Part shown: positions 12,643-25,019 of the stretch, piece after piece | Layout of the letters: each line of letters starts with the position of its first letter | How positions within the stretch are numbered: the stretch's first letter is position 1 | From: Chiloscyllium plagiosum | Taxonomy: Eukaryota | Assembly: GCF_004010195.1 (NCBI RefSeq) | Contig: NC_057719.1 | Coordinates: forward strand, 2,097,267 to 2,161,266 | DNA: 64,000 nucleotides | Reading direction: 5' to 3' | Notes under the pieces: generated by a model | What the model was told of the DNA's origin: nothing | Database searches by the model: none | Seen by the model: the letters and a program-made list of their open reading frames with translations, nothing else | Program-made: the position numbers and the translations under genes

Positions 12643-13314
12643 CTTGCCCCAAATCTGTCTCCCCCTATTCCTTGTACCATCAGCTAATAAGAACCATTTC
12701 CATCCTGTAAATCTCTATTAAGTATTGAGCATCTTCATTACACACTTTGTCTCTTTTTCATAAAATGAATGAGAAGTGAGAAATTCCTCTCTCGACAATT
12801 AGAATGTTAACCTGTTTGTGTTGGTGTGCTTTGGACACTGCTTCAGAGGGAACGGGATGAGGAGATGTTCATTGTCTTTGCAAACTATCATCGGGGGCGA
12901 GTTTGTTTTGGTGCCAACACTTCCTGGAGTACAGTTCACTAATTGCCAGAGACCTCTGAGGAACTGAGTTAATGATCTTGTGTCAGAACTGGTGGTACGG
13001 TGGTAATTTCACGGCCCTAGCAGTCCAGGGTAAAGATTCAGGTCGTACTGTAGCAGCTGTTGGAGTTTATATTCATATTAGGCATATTCACGGCTGAGAG
13101 AGACGTAATTGTAATTAGTAAGAGAGTCGAAGGTCATGGAGTAAAGGCAGGGATTTGGAGTTGAAGATTCTCAGATCACGTATAATCTCAGTGAACGGTG
13201 GAGCAGACTCAATGGGCTGAATGGCCTCCTCCTGCTTCTGTGTCTTACGGTGTCTGTAGGTGACACTTTCCAAGAAGTTTGAGCTTTGGCTGATAGGCTT
13301 TTTTTTTAGAAAAA

Positions 13315-13442
13315 GTAGACAGTGAGGCCTGCAGTTGCTGGAGATTAGAGTCGAGAGTGTGGTGCTGGAAAAGCACAGCAGGTCAGGCAACATCTGAGGA
13401 GCAGGAGAATCAGCGTTTCAGACATAAGCCCTTCATCAGGGA
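13315..13442 (-). mobile_element. Penelope-derived short element, family A
   Basis: gctggaaaagcacagcaggtcaggcaacatc...aagcccttcatcagg. Confidence 0.85.
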
Positions 13443-13749
13443 TTTTTAAAAAAAAGCTGTTTTCTCTCGTGAGAGCTAACAATGTGAGACTGCTTCTTAA
13501 TTGTTGAAAGGAGGTTGTCATCCTTCAGTCTGTATCACTGTAATCCTTGATACTATTCCACTGGGTTACAGGAGGGATTGCCTCGGCATAATATTGTCTG
13601 ATTTTATTGATATATAATAACATAATGTTATATCACATAAGGAGGTGCTTTGGCCCATCACATCTCTGCAGGCTTTATGAAACAGCTGAGGGATTGTTCG
13701 TTTATAAAAACCAAGTGTTCTACACAACTTACAAAACCCCCCCATGCTT

Positions 13750-13980
13750 ATTTACTCAGAGAGTGGTGAGCCTGTGAAATTCATTACTACAGAAAGTAGT
13801 TGATGCTAAAACATTGAACGTATTCAAGAGATGGTTAAATATAGCACTTGGGGTGAATGGGGTCAAAGGTTATGGGGTGAGACTGTTGAGTTGGATGATC
13901 AGCCATAATCATAATGAATGGCAGAGCAGGCTTGAAGGGCTGAATAGCCTCCTCCTGATCCTATCCCCTATGTTCCTATG
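13750..13980 (+). mobile_element. CR1 3' end fragment
   Basis: tttactcagagagtggtgagcctgtg...gaagggctgaatagcct tail. Confidence 0.8.
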
Positions 13981-14014
13981 AGAGCAAGATGGCCATTTCT
14001 GCTTTTTCGATCTT

Positions 14015-14200
14015 CATAGAGTCATACAGCACCGACACAGACTCTTTGGTCCAACCAGTCCATGCCGAACATAATCCCAAACCAAACTAGTCCGATCTGC
14101 CCATATCCCTCCAAACCTTTTAAACATTGTAGTTGTGCCCACATCCACCACTTCCTCAGGAAGTTCAATCCACACACGAACCACCCTCAGTGTAAAAAAA
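14015..14200 (-). mobile_element. CR1 3' tail fragment
   Basis: catagagtcatacagcac...ccatatccctccaaacc. Confidence 0.75.
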
Positions 14201-14599
14201 AAAAATTCCTCATCACTTCCACTTTATTTGCAAGCCAGAGGGACAGAGCAGAGCTCCTTAGTTTTCAATATTAACATGTTTCAAAGTGGGTAATGGTAGT
14301 GTCCGACAGCGTGGCGGAGTTGACTGCCTCGTCAAAGCCCAATTATCTTTCCCTTGTTCGCTCACTGACTGGTGGTGGAGATGACGATGAGGGCTGTGTT
14401 GTTTTGGTCAGCAGTTTCTTTTTGATACCGGTTCCTGTAGCTGTGACATGCTGGTTGCAGAGGAGCAGCTGAGTGCCGGAATGTGGAATCCGACTACAGT
14501 GCTCTCGCTGCCACTGGGACTGATCAGCCAACATGGCACTGCTGGCTCCAACTGCTCACTGCTTTCAATCCAGGGAGACCTGAGTTACAATCAACTAGG

Positions 14600-14808
14600 C
14601 AAAAATTAGGACTGCAGATGCTGGAAACCAGAGTTTAGATTAGAGTAGTGCTGGAAAAGCACAGCAGGTCAGGCAGCATCAGAGGAGCAGGAGAATCGAC
14701 GTTTCGGGCATAAGCATCATTCCTGATGAAGAGCTTATGCCTGAAACGTCGATTCTCCTGCCCCTCGGATGCTGCCTGACCTGCTGCGCTTTTCCAGCTC
14801 TGCTCTAA
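14600..14808. mobile_element. Penelope-derived family A palindrome (minus copy plus plus copy)
   Basis: ...ggagaatcgacgtttcgggcataagcatca|ttcctgatgaagagcttatgcctgaaacgtcgattctcc..., arms about 80 bp. Confidence 0.9.
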
Positions 14809-15159
14809 ACAAGAGCTGGCCTGCCTAGCTAGAACTCATCACCTGAGCCCTTTGTAAAGCACACCCAGGTAAGGGTCTGCTGAACTGCCTGTCCAAGGGT
14901 GGACCGAGCATGTGTACACTATGATTAGTGGCTGTGTTTTGGTGTTCAACAAGTATCCTACTGTCACCTTTTTAAATACGAATTCTAGCACCTTTCCCAT
15001 GATAGATATTAGGTTAACTGGCTCTTGGTTTCCTGCTTTCTGACAGTCTCCTTGCTGAAATTAAGGTCTGACATTTGTTAATTTCTGGCTCAAACTCTTC
15101 CAGAATCTAAGAAATTTAGGAAGATTATATATTATTGACTGGAGATACTATAGTTCAAG

Positions 15160-17662
15160 TAATTTAGATGGGACAGTTTTTGTCCAGTGTGTGCTGGAGG
15201 GTTTCCTGACACAGTATGTAGACAGGCCAACAAGGAGTGAGGCCACATTGGATTTGGTACTGGGTAATGAACCCGGCCAGCTGTTAGATTTGGAGGTAGG
15301 TGAGCACGTTGGTTATGTTTAGTGATGGAAAGGGATAGGTATATAACACAGGGCAAGAGCTACAACAGGGGGAAAGGTAATTATGATGCGATTAGGCAAA
15401 ATATCGACTGCATTGGATGGGGAAGGAAACTCTAGGGGATGGGCACAATTGAGATGTGGAGCTTATTCAAGATTCTGCGTGTCCTTGATAAGTATGTACC
15501 TGTCAGACAGGGAGGAAGTTGTAGAGCGCAGGAGCCTTAGTTTACTAAGGAAGTTGTATCTCTTGTCAAGAGGAAGAAGAAGGCATATGTTCAGATGAGA
15601 TGTGAAGGCTCAGTTAGGGCGCTTGGGAGTTACACGTTAGCCAGGAAAGACCTAAAGACAGAGCTAAGAAGAGCCAAGAGGGGACATGAGAGGTCTTTAG
15701 CAGGTAGGATCAGGGACAACGTTATTGCTTTCTGTCGGTATATCAGGAATAAAAGAATGACTAGAGAAAGATTAAAGCCAATCAAGGATAGCAGTGGGAA
15801 CTTGTACATGGAGTCCGAGGAGATAGGGGAAGTGCTAAATGAATATTTTTCGTCCGTATGCGTACTGAAAAAAGACAATGTGGTCGAGGAGAACACTGGG
15901 ATATAGGCTACTCGACTAGATGGGATTGAGGTTTACAAGGAGGAGGTGTTAACCATTTTCACACTTTCCAGAATTGCTAAGTCCCCTGGGCCGGATGGGA
16001 TTTATCCCAGGATTCTCGGGGAAGCCAGGGAAGAGATTGCAGAACCTTTGGCTTTGATCTTTATGTCGTCATTGTCTACAGGAATAGTACCAGAAGACTG
16101 GAGAATGGCTAATGATGTTCCCTTGTTCAAGAAGGGGAAGAGAGACAGCCCTGGTAATTATAGACCAATGAGCCTTACTTTAGCTGTAAGTAAAATGTTG
16201 GAAAAGGTTATAAGGGATAGGATCTATAATCATCTGGAAAGGAATAAGTTGATTAGGGATAGTCAGCATGGTTTTGTGAAGGGTAGGTCGTGCCTCAACA
16301 AATCTTATTGAGTTCATTTGAGAAGGTGACCAAACAGGTAGATGAGGGTAAAGTAATGGGGTGTATATGGATTTCAGTAAGGTGTTTGATAAGGTTCCCC
16401 ATGGTAGGCTATTGCAGAAAATATGGAGGCATGGGATTAAGGGTGATTTAGTGGTTTGGATCAGAAATTGGCTAGCTGAAAGAAGACAGAGAGGGTAGTG
16501 GTTGATGAGAAATGTTCATCCTGGAGTTGAGTTACTAGGATTGATGTACCGCAAGGATCTGTTCTCCACTGCTGTTTGTTATTTTTATAAAATGACCTAG
16601 ATGAGGGTGTAGAAGGATGGGTTAGTAAATTTGCGATGACACTAACGTCGGTGGAGTTGTGGATAGTGCTGAAGGATGTTGTAGGTTACAGAGGGACATA
16701 GATAAATTGCAGAGCTGGGCTGAGAGGTGGCAAATGGAGTTTGATCCTGAAAAGTGTGAGGTGATTCACTTAAAAGGAGTAACAGGAATGCAGACTACTG
16801 GGCTAATGGTAAAATTCTTGGTAGTGTAGATGAGCAGAGAGATCTCGGTGACCACGTACATAGATCCCTGAAAGTTGCCACCCAGGATGATAGGGCTGTT
16901 AAGAAGGTATACGGTGTGTTAGCTTTTATTGGTAGAGGGATTGAGTTTCGGAGCCATGAGTTCATGTTGCAGCCGTACAAAACTCTGGTGCGGCCGCACT
17001 TGGAGTATTGCATACAGTTCTGGTCACCGCATTATGGGAAGGATGTGGAGACTTTGGAAAGGGTTCAGAGGAGATTTACTAGGGTGTTGCCTGGTTTGGA
17101 GGGAAGGTCTTATGAGGAAAGGCTGGGGGACTTGAGGTTGTTTTTGTTAGAGAGAAGATTCAGAAGTGACTTAATTGAGATGTACAAGATAATTAGAGAG
17201 TCAGATAGGGTGGACAGTGAGAGCCTTTTTCCTCAGATGGTGATGGCTAGCACAAGGGGACATTGCTTTAAATTGAGGGGTGATAGATATAGGACAGGTG
17301 TCAGAGAGAGTTTCTTTACTCAGAGAGTAGTAGGGGTGTGGAACAACCTGCCTGCAACAGTAGTAGACTTGCCAACTTTAAGGGCTTTTAATTGATCATT
17401 GGATAAACATATGAACAAAAATGGAATAGTATAGGTTAGATGGGCTGCATTTCCTGAAGAAGGGCTTATGCCTGAAACGTCGATTCTCCTGCTCCTTGGA
17501 TGCTGCCTGACCTGCTGCGCTTTTCCAGCAACACATTATCAGCTCTGATCTCCAGCATCTGCAGTCCTCACTTTCTCCTAGATGGGCTGCACACTGGTTC
17601 CACAGATCAGTGCCACATCGAGGGTTGAAGGGCCTGTACTGCGCTGTAATGTCCTATGTTTT
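15160..17662 (+). mobile_element. Long 5'-truncated CR1 LINE (~2.5 kb): endonuclease C-terminus, RT and 3' tail, frameshifted
   Basis: ORFs with KSPGPDGIYPRIL, PGNYRPMSLT, QHGFVKGRSC, YKTLVRPHLEYC, FFTQRVV..WNNLP. Confidence 0.95.
17450..17578 (+). mobile_element. Penelope-derived family A element nested in the CR1 3' tail
   Basis: ttcctgaagaagggcttatgcctgaaacgtcgat; 13-bp TSD tagatgggctgca at 17437-17449 and 17579-17591. Confidence 0.9.
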
Positions 17663-19033
17663 ATTATAACCAATGTATCTATCTCCGCTTTCTCTTCTAA
17701 GACTAAGATGCACCTAGACCTGAAGGACTTGTCAGCCTATAGACCCAATAGTTTTTCTCGCACGTTTTTGTTCCATGTAGATGGTTTTAAATTTCGCTGT
17801 TCCAATCACCTTTGATTTTCAGGTATCTTCAGGAAATTTCCTGTCATGTACAGTGAAGACAGAGATGCACTATTTGCTCAAAGTGTCCATTGCTTCTTTG
17901 CTTTCCACTATCCGTTCCTCAGACCCACTCCCCAGAGGGCCAATACTATATCTTTATTTACTCTTCCTAATACTTGTAGGAAGTTTTTTTAACTGGTCCG
18001 CTCAATTGGTTGAGTTGACTGCCTTGGAAGTCCCCTATGATGAGACTGAGACCAAACTGGCGGTGATCATTTAGCCCCTTAAGCCCCTGCTGTCACTCGA
18101 TATGATCATGACCAATCTTTGTCACATGCCTGCCAATTTTCATAATGTCTTCAATGCTGTTAATGCTTGGATTGTGTGCACTGCTTCCTTGTTACCGAAT
18201 AATGGCACATTGCAAGGTGCAGGGATGGCTCTGGTAGTCACAATGTAGGCATTGAATGGCTAGTGCACAAAAGCATTGTTCTCGGAACAGAGATTGTATT
18301 TGGAAATCCCTGCTGTTGTTTGTTAATGAAGGGCCCAAGCTTGTGTGGTTGATGGACAGCGAATTAAATCTTTGAATTTGAAAGAGTTGGTAGTGGAGGC
18401 CAACAAGTAATGCGATGTGATACTTTTGTTCAAAGTTTGCTGAGACTAGATTCTTAAAAGATTCCTCAGGGAATCTGTACTGAGGGGTACCTTGAGGGGA
18501 AATGCCATTTTTCATTGGGATGAAGGTTTTGAAGACCAGCCTAGAGCGAGGTATCTAGTTTTGTGTCATTCACCGAAGGCCAAAAACATTCATCTCCTCC
18601 ACTCGGCATTAGCTTCTTTTGAAAATCTGACGTAGAGTGTTCAGTAACGAAACCTGTAGACTGACTTTGAATGTGGTGCGTTGTCAAGGATTGTTGACTG
18701 TTTGGAGGTCAAACTGTTCTGTAATTAGTTGCCACCCTCAATCACAACAATAAGACTTTGGAGGCTACAAAACAGTTTGGGGTCTGAGTGACTAGCTGGA
18801 ACTGGGAAGTTGATGAAAGACAGCAGATTTGTTTTGGTCTTGAGCAATTTAATCCCTATCATCATTCCGTTATCTCTCCATCACCGTGTCTGTATCTTCT
18901 CAACCAGGTGTTTCTTCCAATATATCTGTCTTTTCCTTTTGACTCTGCTTCTATTTATCAGCTCTAAATGCTTATTCAGTGAGCAAAAGCATTGATAGCC
19001 TTTTGGAACTCGTGGTTGATGTCATCTCTAGAG

Positions 19034-19249
19034 ACTAAAAAATGTGTTGCTGGAAAAGCACAGCCGGTCAGGCAGCATATCAGGAGCAGGAGAATCGATG
19101 TTTCGAGCAAAAGCTCTTCATCAGGAATAGCTTACGCTCGAAACGTCGACTGTGCTGCTCCTCGGATGCTGCCTGACCGGCTGTACTTTTCCAGCATCAC
19201 ACTTTGAGACTTTGATCTCCAGCATCTGCAGTTCTCACTTTCTCCTCGG
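19034..19249. mobile_element. Penelope-derived family A palindrome
   Basis: Inverted arms meet at ...cttcatcaggaatagcttacgctcgaaacgtcg...; TSD catctct[a/g]gag at 19023-19033 and 19250-19260. Confidence 0.88.
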
Positions 19250-19664
19250 CATCTCTGGAGAGGCCAAATTGAGACTGTAACATCGGCTCGTGTGTCTGCC
19301 AGGCTCCAGTCTAATGGCATCAAAATGGATCTTAGTGTTTAACGGAGTTTTATAGGTAAAAGAACCACTCTTTTTACTGCATAAAACTGTTAAATAAATT
19401 AATAGTGTGGCCAAATGTTTATTATATTTAAAAAATTTGTGAGGAGGCGGTGGGATATGGAATTTGTTACTTGTTCTTAGGAAAAGAACTTAGGAATTTT
19501 CTGCTGTCCATAGCTGAAGGGAATGGTGATAATTTGATGGGTAGTGTTCCAATGCATCCTTCTTTTTGTGCAGATCCCAGATGCAAGTTATTGATGGTGG
19601 AAGGATGATTACAGCATTATCCTGGTCTTCTTTCCAGCTAATGTTCAGAAATTATTAGCCAGAG

Positions 19665-20700
19665 ATCATAGAGTCATACAGCACAGAAACAGACCCTTCG
19701 GTCCAACTCGTCCATGACAATCCAGTTTCCCAAACTAAACTAGTCCCATTTGCCTGCATTTGGCCCATATCCCTGTAAACCTTTCCTATTCATGTGCCTG
19801 TCCAAATATCTTGTAAATGTTGTAACTGTACCTGCATCGAATACTTCCACTGTCAGTCCATTCCACATAAGACCCACCTTCTGTGTGAGAATGTTGCCCC
19901 TCAGGTCCCTTTTAAATCTTTCCTTTTTCACCTTAAGATCATGCCCTCCAGTTTTGCACCCCCTACTCCCAGGGAAAAGACTTTTACTATTCACTTTATC
20001 TATGCCCTTCATGATGTTATAAACTTTTATAAGGTCACACCTTAATTTCTTACGCTCCAGTAACGGAACTCCTAGCCTATCCCTCATCCTTCTATCTCAA
20101 ACCCTCCAGTCTCAGTAAAATCCTTGTAAATCTTTTATGTACCTTCTCCAGTTTAATAATATCCTTCTTATAAAAGCGTGACCAGAACTGAACACAGTCT
20201 CCAGAAGAGGTCTCACCAATGTCTTCTACAACCTCCACGTGACGTCCCAACTCCTATACTCAATGGTCTGAGTAATGAAGACAAGCCTGCGAAACACTAC
20301 CTTCACCACCCTGTCAACCTGTGACACAGCCTTCAGTCAATTAAGTACCTGATCCCCTTGGTATCTCTGTTTTACAATACTCCTCACGGCTCAACCATTA
20401 ATTGTGCAGGTCCTGCTCTTGTTAGTCTTACCAGGAATTGAGCTAAGACTCTCAAACGTAGGCCCACTGCATCTACCCAGCTGTTCAATGGGAGAAGACA
20501 TTCCTCCCCCTCTCTTTCTAACTGTATGACCCATTTTTCTGAAATTGTGCCCTCTGCTCCTGGGCTCTCCCACAAGGGGGAACAACATCTCCATGTCTCC
20601 CCTGTCAATTCCCATAAGAATCTTATATGTTTCAATAAGGTCATCCCTCATTCTTCTAACTCCAATAAGTACAGGCTCAAACTATTTGACCTCCCCTTAC
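19665..20700 (-). mobile_element. Two adjacent CR1 3' fragments
   Basis: Minus-strand ORFs LRCDLIKVYNIMKG...WNGL and MRDDLIETYKILMG; catagagtcatacagc tail. Confidence 0.88.
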
Positions 20701-20702
20701 CG

Positions 20703-21060
20703 AGGGGCAGCACAGTGGCTCAGTGGTTAGCACTGCTCCCTCATAGCGCCAGGGACCCGGGTTCGATTCCAGCCTCTGGCGACTGTCTGTGCGGAGTTTG
20801 CACATTCTCCCCTGTGCCTGCATGAGTTTCCTCCGGGTGCTCCGGTTTCCTCCCACAATCCAAAGATGTGCAGTTTAGATGAGTTGGCCATGCTAAATTG
20901 CCTATAGCATTCAGGGTTGTGTAGATTAGGTGCGTTAGTCACGGGAAATGTAGAGTGATAGGGTAGGGGAATGGGTCTGGGTGGGTTACTCTTTGGAGGG
21001 TCAGTGTGGACTTATTGGGCCAAATGATCTGTTTCCACACTGTAGGGATTCTATGATTAT
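20703..21060 (+). mobile_element. HE1-like V-SINE
   Basis: gggcagcacagtggctcagtggttagcactg...ggttcgattcc; CR1-like tail. Confidence 0.93.
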
Positions 21061-21160
21061 CTAGGATTCATTAGATAGTCCCTCCATCACCCAGGAACAG
21101 ATTTCGCCCTGACCTCGAGGATTTCCTTTTCAGAAATGAATAAACCCTGCTGATAAATTG

Positions 21161-21274
21161 GTGTAAACCAAAGGGCAGCGGACACTGGAGATCTGAAACG
21201 AAAACAAGAATCACTGGGGAAACTCAGCACCTCTGGCAATACTTGTTTGAGTCTGGTGACTCTTCCTCAGAAGA
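21161..21274 (-). mobile_element. Penelope-derived short element, family B
   Basis: ctgggaaactcagca...gactcttcctcaga; TSD tgataaattg at 21151-21160 and 21275-21284. Confidence 0.7.
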
Positions 21275-22254
21275 TGATAAATTGATAATGTCTCTCACCA
21301 ATCCCGTTTCACTTTGTCCCCCCTTCCCTGGATCCCCCAGCCAGCCTGAAGCTAGTATAATGACTTGGAGGAAGTATGTGTGACAGGAGTGTGAATGTGA
21401 TGTGTTCTGCGTTGTTTTGGGTGCTGTGATGATTAGTTTTGTATCAGTGGGCTTAATGTAGGATTTAGTTAAAAGCAATTGTTTTACACGTGCACAGCAA
21501 CCCTGTGAGCTGCTTGATTCTGCAGGAGCTTCTGAATTATACTGGTTAATGATTTGATGGCATAGTCAGTGTCAAAGGATGAGGCCTTCTTCTATACTAG
21601 TACTTAGTTTTCGCAAGGAAAGGGTTAGGGAGAAATTCAGTATCAAAATGGCCAGTATAAATTAGGCTAAAGAATGTACCTGTGTGCTTGGATGCAGATG
21701 TGATTAAAGGGATAGTTTAGGGTTTGTTGCTTTATGAGAAAATAATGTCCACTTTTTTTCTTAAATACCTTCCTAAACTTTCACTTGCCTACTTTATTTA
21801 GACACCTTACCCCATGCATCACTAGGTGGGGTAGCCTCTCTGAAACCGGGTATTTTGAGGTCTTGGACACAGAGCTGAGAATACCCTTTCTGTAATTTTC
21901 CATCTAGTTTCTGTGAAAAGGCTTCGCTGAGTTGGAGAGCCATGGAGTTAGCACAGTTCCCAAGCTGAGAAAACTACCAAAGTATTATCCATGGTTTTCA
22001 ACTGACTAAGGATCATTTAATCTAAACAGTACAGTAGACAATGATAATCTAAATGGATATGAACACTGACATAGATTCAACACCTTCAGTAAGGTGTCCC
22101 ATAATAGCCCAGTGAATAAGATCAGTGTCAAGATGATTTATCCTTTCACTCCATCTCCATCCAGCTAGCATTAAGGGAGGGAGCAGAGTGGGTGAATGAA
22201 GTGCATATACTCAGAACAGCAAAGGTGGGCAGTATTGTTCACACCAGTGTGAGA

Positions 22255-23385
22255 GTTAGGAGCAGGAGTAGGCTATTTGGCACCTTGATCACATTCTGCC
22301 ATTTAATAAGCTCAAGGCTGATCTGATTGTAACCTCTCCTCCTCGTTTCCACCTACTCTTTGACAGCATTTGATTTCCTTAATTACCGAGAATTAACCAG
22401 CGTAGTCTCAACAATACTCGGTATAACAGAAACATAATCTTGTACTTTTCTATTGAGTTAGCCTCATGATAAGTGACAGCATTCCATTAGCTTTCCTAAT
22501 TACTTGCTGTGTCTGCATATCAGCCTTTTGTGATTCATGCACAAGGACACTCAGATCCTTCTGCATCTCTCACCGTTGAGCTAATAGATTTTGGATACGT
22601 TAACATTTTCCAACATTATAGTCCTATTTGTTAGATCTTTGTCCACTCTCGTTTAACCTAATAGTGTCCTTTCTAGCCTCTGCCTGTCCTCTTCACAACT
22701 TACCACGTTTGCAGTTGACAGCAAATTTATAAACTACCTTTGGTCTCTTCACCCAAGTCATATAGAAAAATTGTTAAAAAGTTGAAACCCCCACACTGAT
22801 CCCTGTAGTGGCAACTGATTACATCTGGCTGACTGGAAAATAACCCATTTTCTGTTAGCTATCTAATTTACACGGTGAACCTTTATTTTCAACAATAACC
22901 TGGTGACACATGATCAAATCCCCCCTGGAAAGCTTAGGACAGTATATCTACTGTGTTCCAATTTGCCCACAGCACATGACCACTTTAAAACTCGAATAGC
23001 TTTGATCAAGTATGCTTTCTCTTTCACAAAACCATGTTGACTCTGCCTGGTTACCTTGAAATACATGACCTGCTATGGCTGTTTTTATTAATAGTGTCTA
23101 ACAATTTTCTTTGACAGATGTTAAGCCAACTGACCAATAGTTTCTTGTTTGAATAAGGGAGCTATATCTGCTATTTTCCAATCAAATGGGACCTTCCCCA
23201 GAATGAAGTCCACTAGTACTCCAGGACTTGTCAGAGAGTATTACTCTCACCACTTCCCTGAGTTCCTCCCTCCCTTCCATTTCCTAAATGTATAGCTATT
23301 TCTATGGTATTTCTTGTACCTGTATAGTGAAGGCATTTGTTCCATTCATCTGCCATCTCCTTATTTTCCATTATTAATCCCCAAC

Positions 23386-23416
<31 letters not shown>

Positions 23417-23520
23417 ATAGGTCTGGTGCTCACTCTGTTAACTTTCCTTTTCTGTAAATATCTGTAGAAACTTCTGTCTATATAGTTTTATATTTCTATC
23501 TAGATTTCTCTAGTACTCTG
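22255..23520 (-). mobile_element. Old, degenerate CR1 LINE
   Basis: Tail agcaggagtaggctatttgg; RT remnants ttcacaaaaccatgttgact and tgaccaatagtttc. Confidence 0.65.
23385..23416. repeat. (CA)n microsatellite
   Basis: cacacgcacacacacacacacacacacacaca. Confidence 0.95.
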
Positions 23521-23559
23521 GCCCATTGAGTCTGCATTGCTCAAATACAACCACCTAAC

Positions 23560-23872
23560 TAGATTAGATTAGGTTACTTAGTGTGGAAACAGGCCCGTCG
23601 GCCCAACAAGTCCACACCGACCCGCCGAAGCGCAACCCACCCAGACCCAGTCCCCTTCATTTACCCCTTCACCTAACATTACGGGCAATTTAGCATGGCC
23701 AATTCACCTGACCTGCACATCTTTGGACTGTGGGAGGAAACCGGAGCACCCGGAGGAAACCCACGCAGACACGGGGAGAATGTGCAAACTCCACACAGAC
23801 CGTCGCCTGAGGCAGGAATTGAACCCGGGTCTCTGGCGCTGTGAGGCAGCAGTGCTAACCACTGTGCCACCC
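23560..23872 (-). mobile_element. HE1-like V-SINE (young subfamily)
   Basis: Near-identical reverse complement of 27647-27972. Confidence 0.95.
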
Positions 23873-23934
23873 ACTAGACTGATCCCATTTTCCAGAATTT
23901 TCTAGCTAACTTCCTTATCGTTCCTGTTGCCTCT

Positions 23935-24235
23935 CAGCTCCACGGATGTGGTTTGATTCCATCCTCAGGCCACTGTCTGTGTGGAGTTTGCACGTTCTCC
24001 CCGTGTCTGTGTAGGTTTCCTCCCACAGTCCAAAGATGTGCAAGTCAGGTGGATTGACCATGGGAAATTGCCCATGGTGTTCAGGGATGTGCAGGCCAGT
24101 GGTGTTAGCCATGGGAAATGCAGGGTTACAAGGATCGGTTAGGGGGGTGGGTCCAGCAGGGCTGCTCTTCAGAGGGTTGGCGTGGACTTGATGTGCTGAA
24201 TAGCCTGTTTCCACACTGCAGGGATTATATGATCT
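23935..24235 (+). mobile_element. HE1-like V-SINE with a degenerate head
   Basis: tgtctgtgtggagtttgcacgttctcccc...cagtccaaagatgtgc...gcctgtttccacactgcagggatt. Confidence 0.88.
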
Positions 24236-24687
24236 GTGAATTTTTAGTCAATCTGCACTGTTCTATATATTCCGTCCACCTTTGTAAGTTGTATGTTTTT
24301 TCTTTAAATTTGAGATGATTTGGAATTTTGATGGTAAACTATGGATGGTGAGATGTCCCTTTGTATTTTTCTTGCTCTGGAAATGTTTCATGTGTGTGTG
24401 TAACAAAAGTAGACCCTTAAATGCCTGCCACAATATTTCTATTGACCTGTTCCTGAAGTTAATTTACCAGTTTAGTTCTGCTTTTGTGCCAGTATAATTG
24501 CCATCTTTTACATTTAATAAACTAGTCTCAGACCCTTTCTCCCCTCTGTCGAACTGAACATTAAAATTCAATTATTTTAATTGCTTCGATCTTGAGCCCT
24601 TTTTGTTGTAAAGTTCATTAACCTATCTCAGCACGATCCCACGTCTTGTTTAGTCTCTCATTGGCTCCTGAATGTATCATTCCAAGG

Positions 24688-24782
24688 TCTACATTAGAGT
24701 GGTGCTGGAAAAGCACAGCAGGTCAGGCAGCATCCGAGGAGCAGGAACATTGACATTTCAGGCAAAAGCCCCTCATCAGGCC
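24688..24782 (-). mobile_element. Penelope-derived family A element
   Basis: TSD cattccaagg at 24678-24687 and 24783-24792. Confidence 0.85.
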
Positions 24783-25019
24783 CATTCCAAGGGCCTATCC
24801 TGAAATTATTCCATGAACTCATACATGTTTCCTTTGTCCACCTGATTATTCCATATCATTGCCATATCTTTCTGACGGGTTCCTTTTATTCCTTCCTTTT
24901 ATAGTCCATTGACCCATGTGATTGCAGTTAGGCTTTGTACAGTATTCCCACAAGTGACTTCTTACCTATCTCAATTTCTCATCTTAACCCAAACTGCTCC
25001 TGCCACCTCCATCCTGATT

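Noticed and set aside
14600..14808. Palindromes as DNA-transposon MITEs or miRNA precursors
   Set aside because: The arms are unequal, junctions differ between copies, TSD lengths vary, and the same sequence occurs as solo termini attached to Penelope coding sequence.
15595..17395. Functional reverse transcriptase gene (also 53495-56111)
   Set aside because: ORF2 is split by frameshifts, stops and nested insertions and is 5'-truncated.
19555..19640. Possible splice acceptor (tctttttgtgcag)
   Set aside because: No matching donor and no Jagged-like translation downstream.
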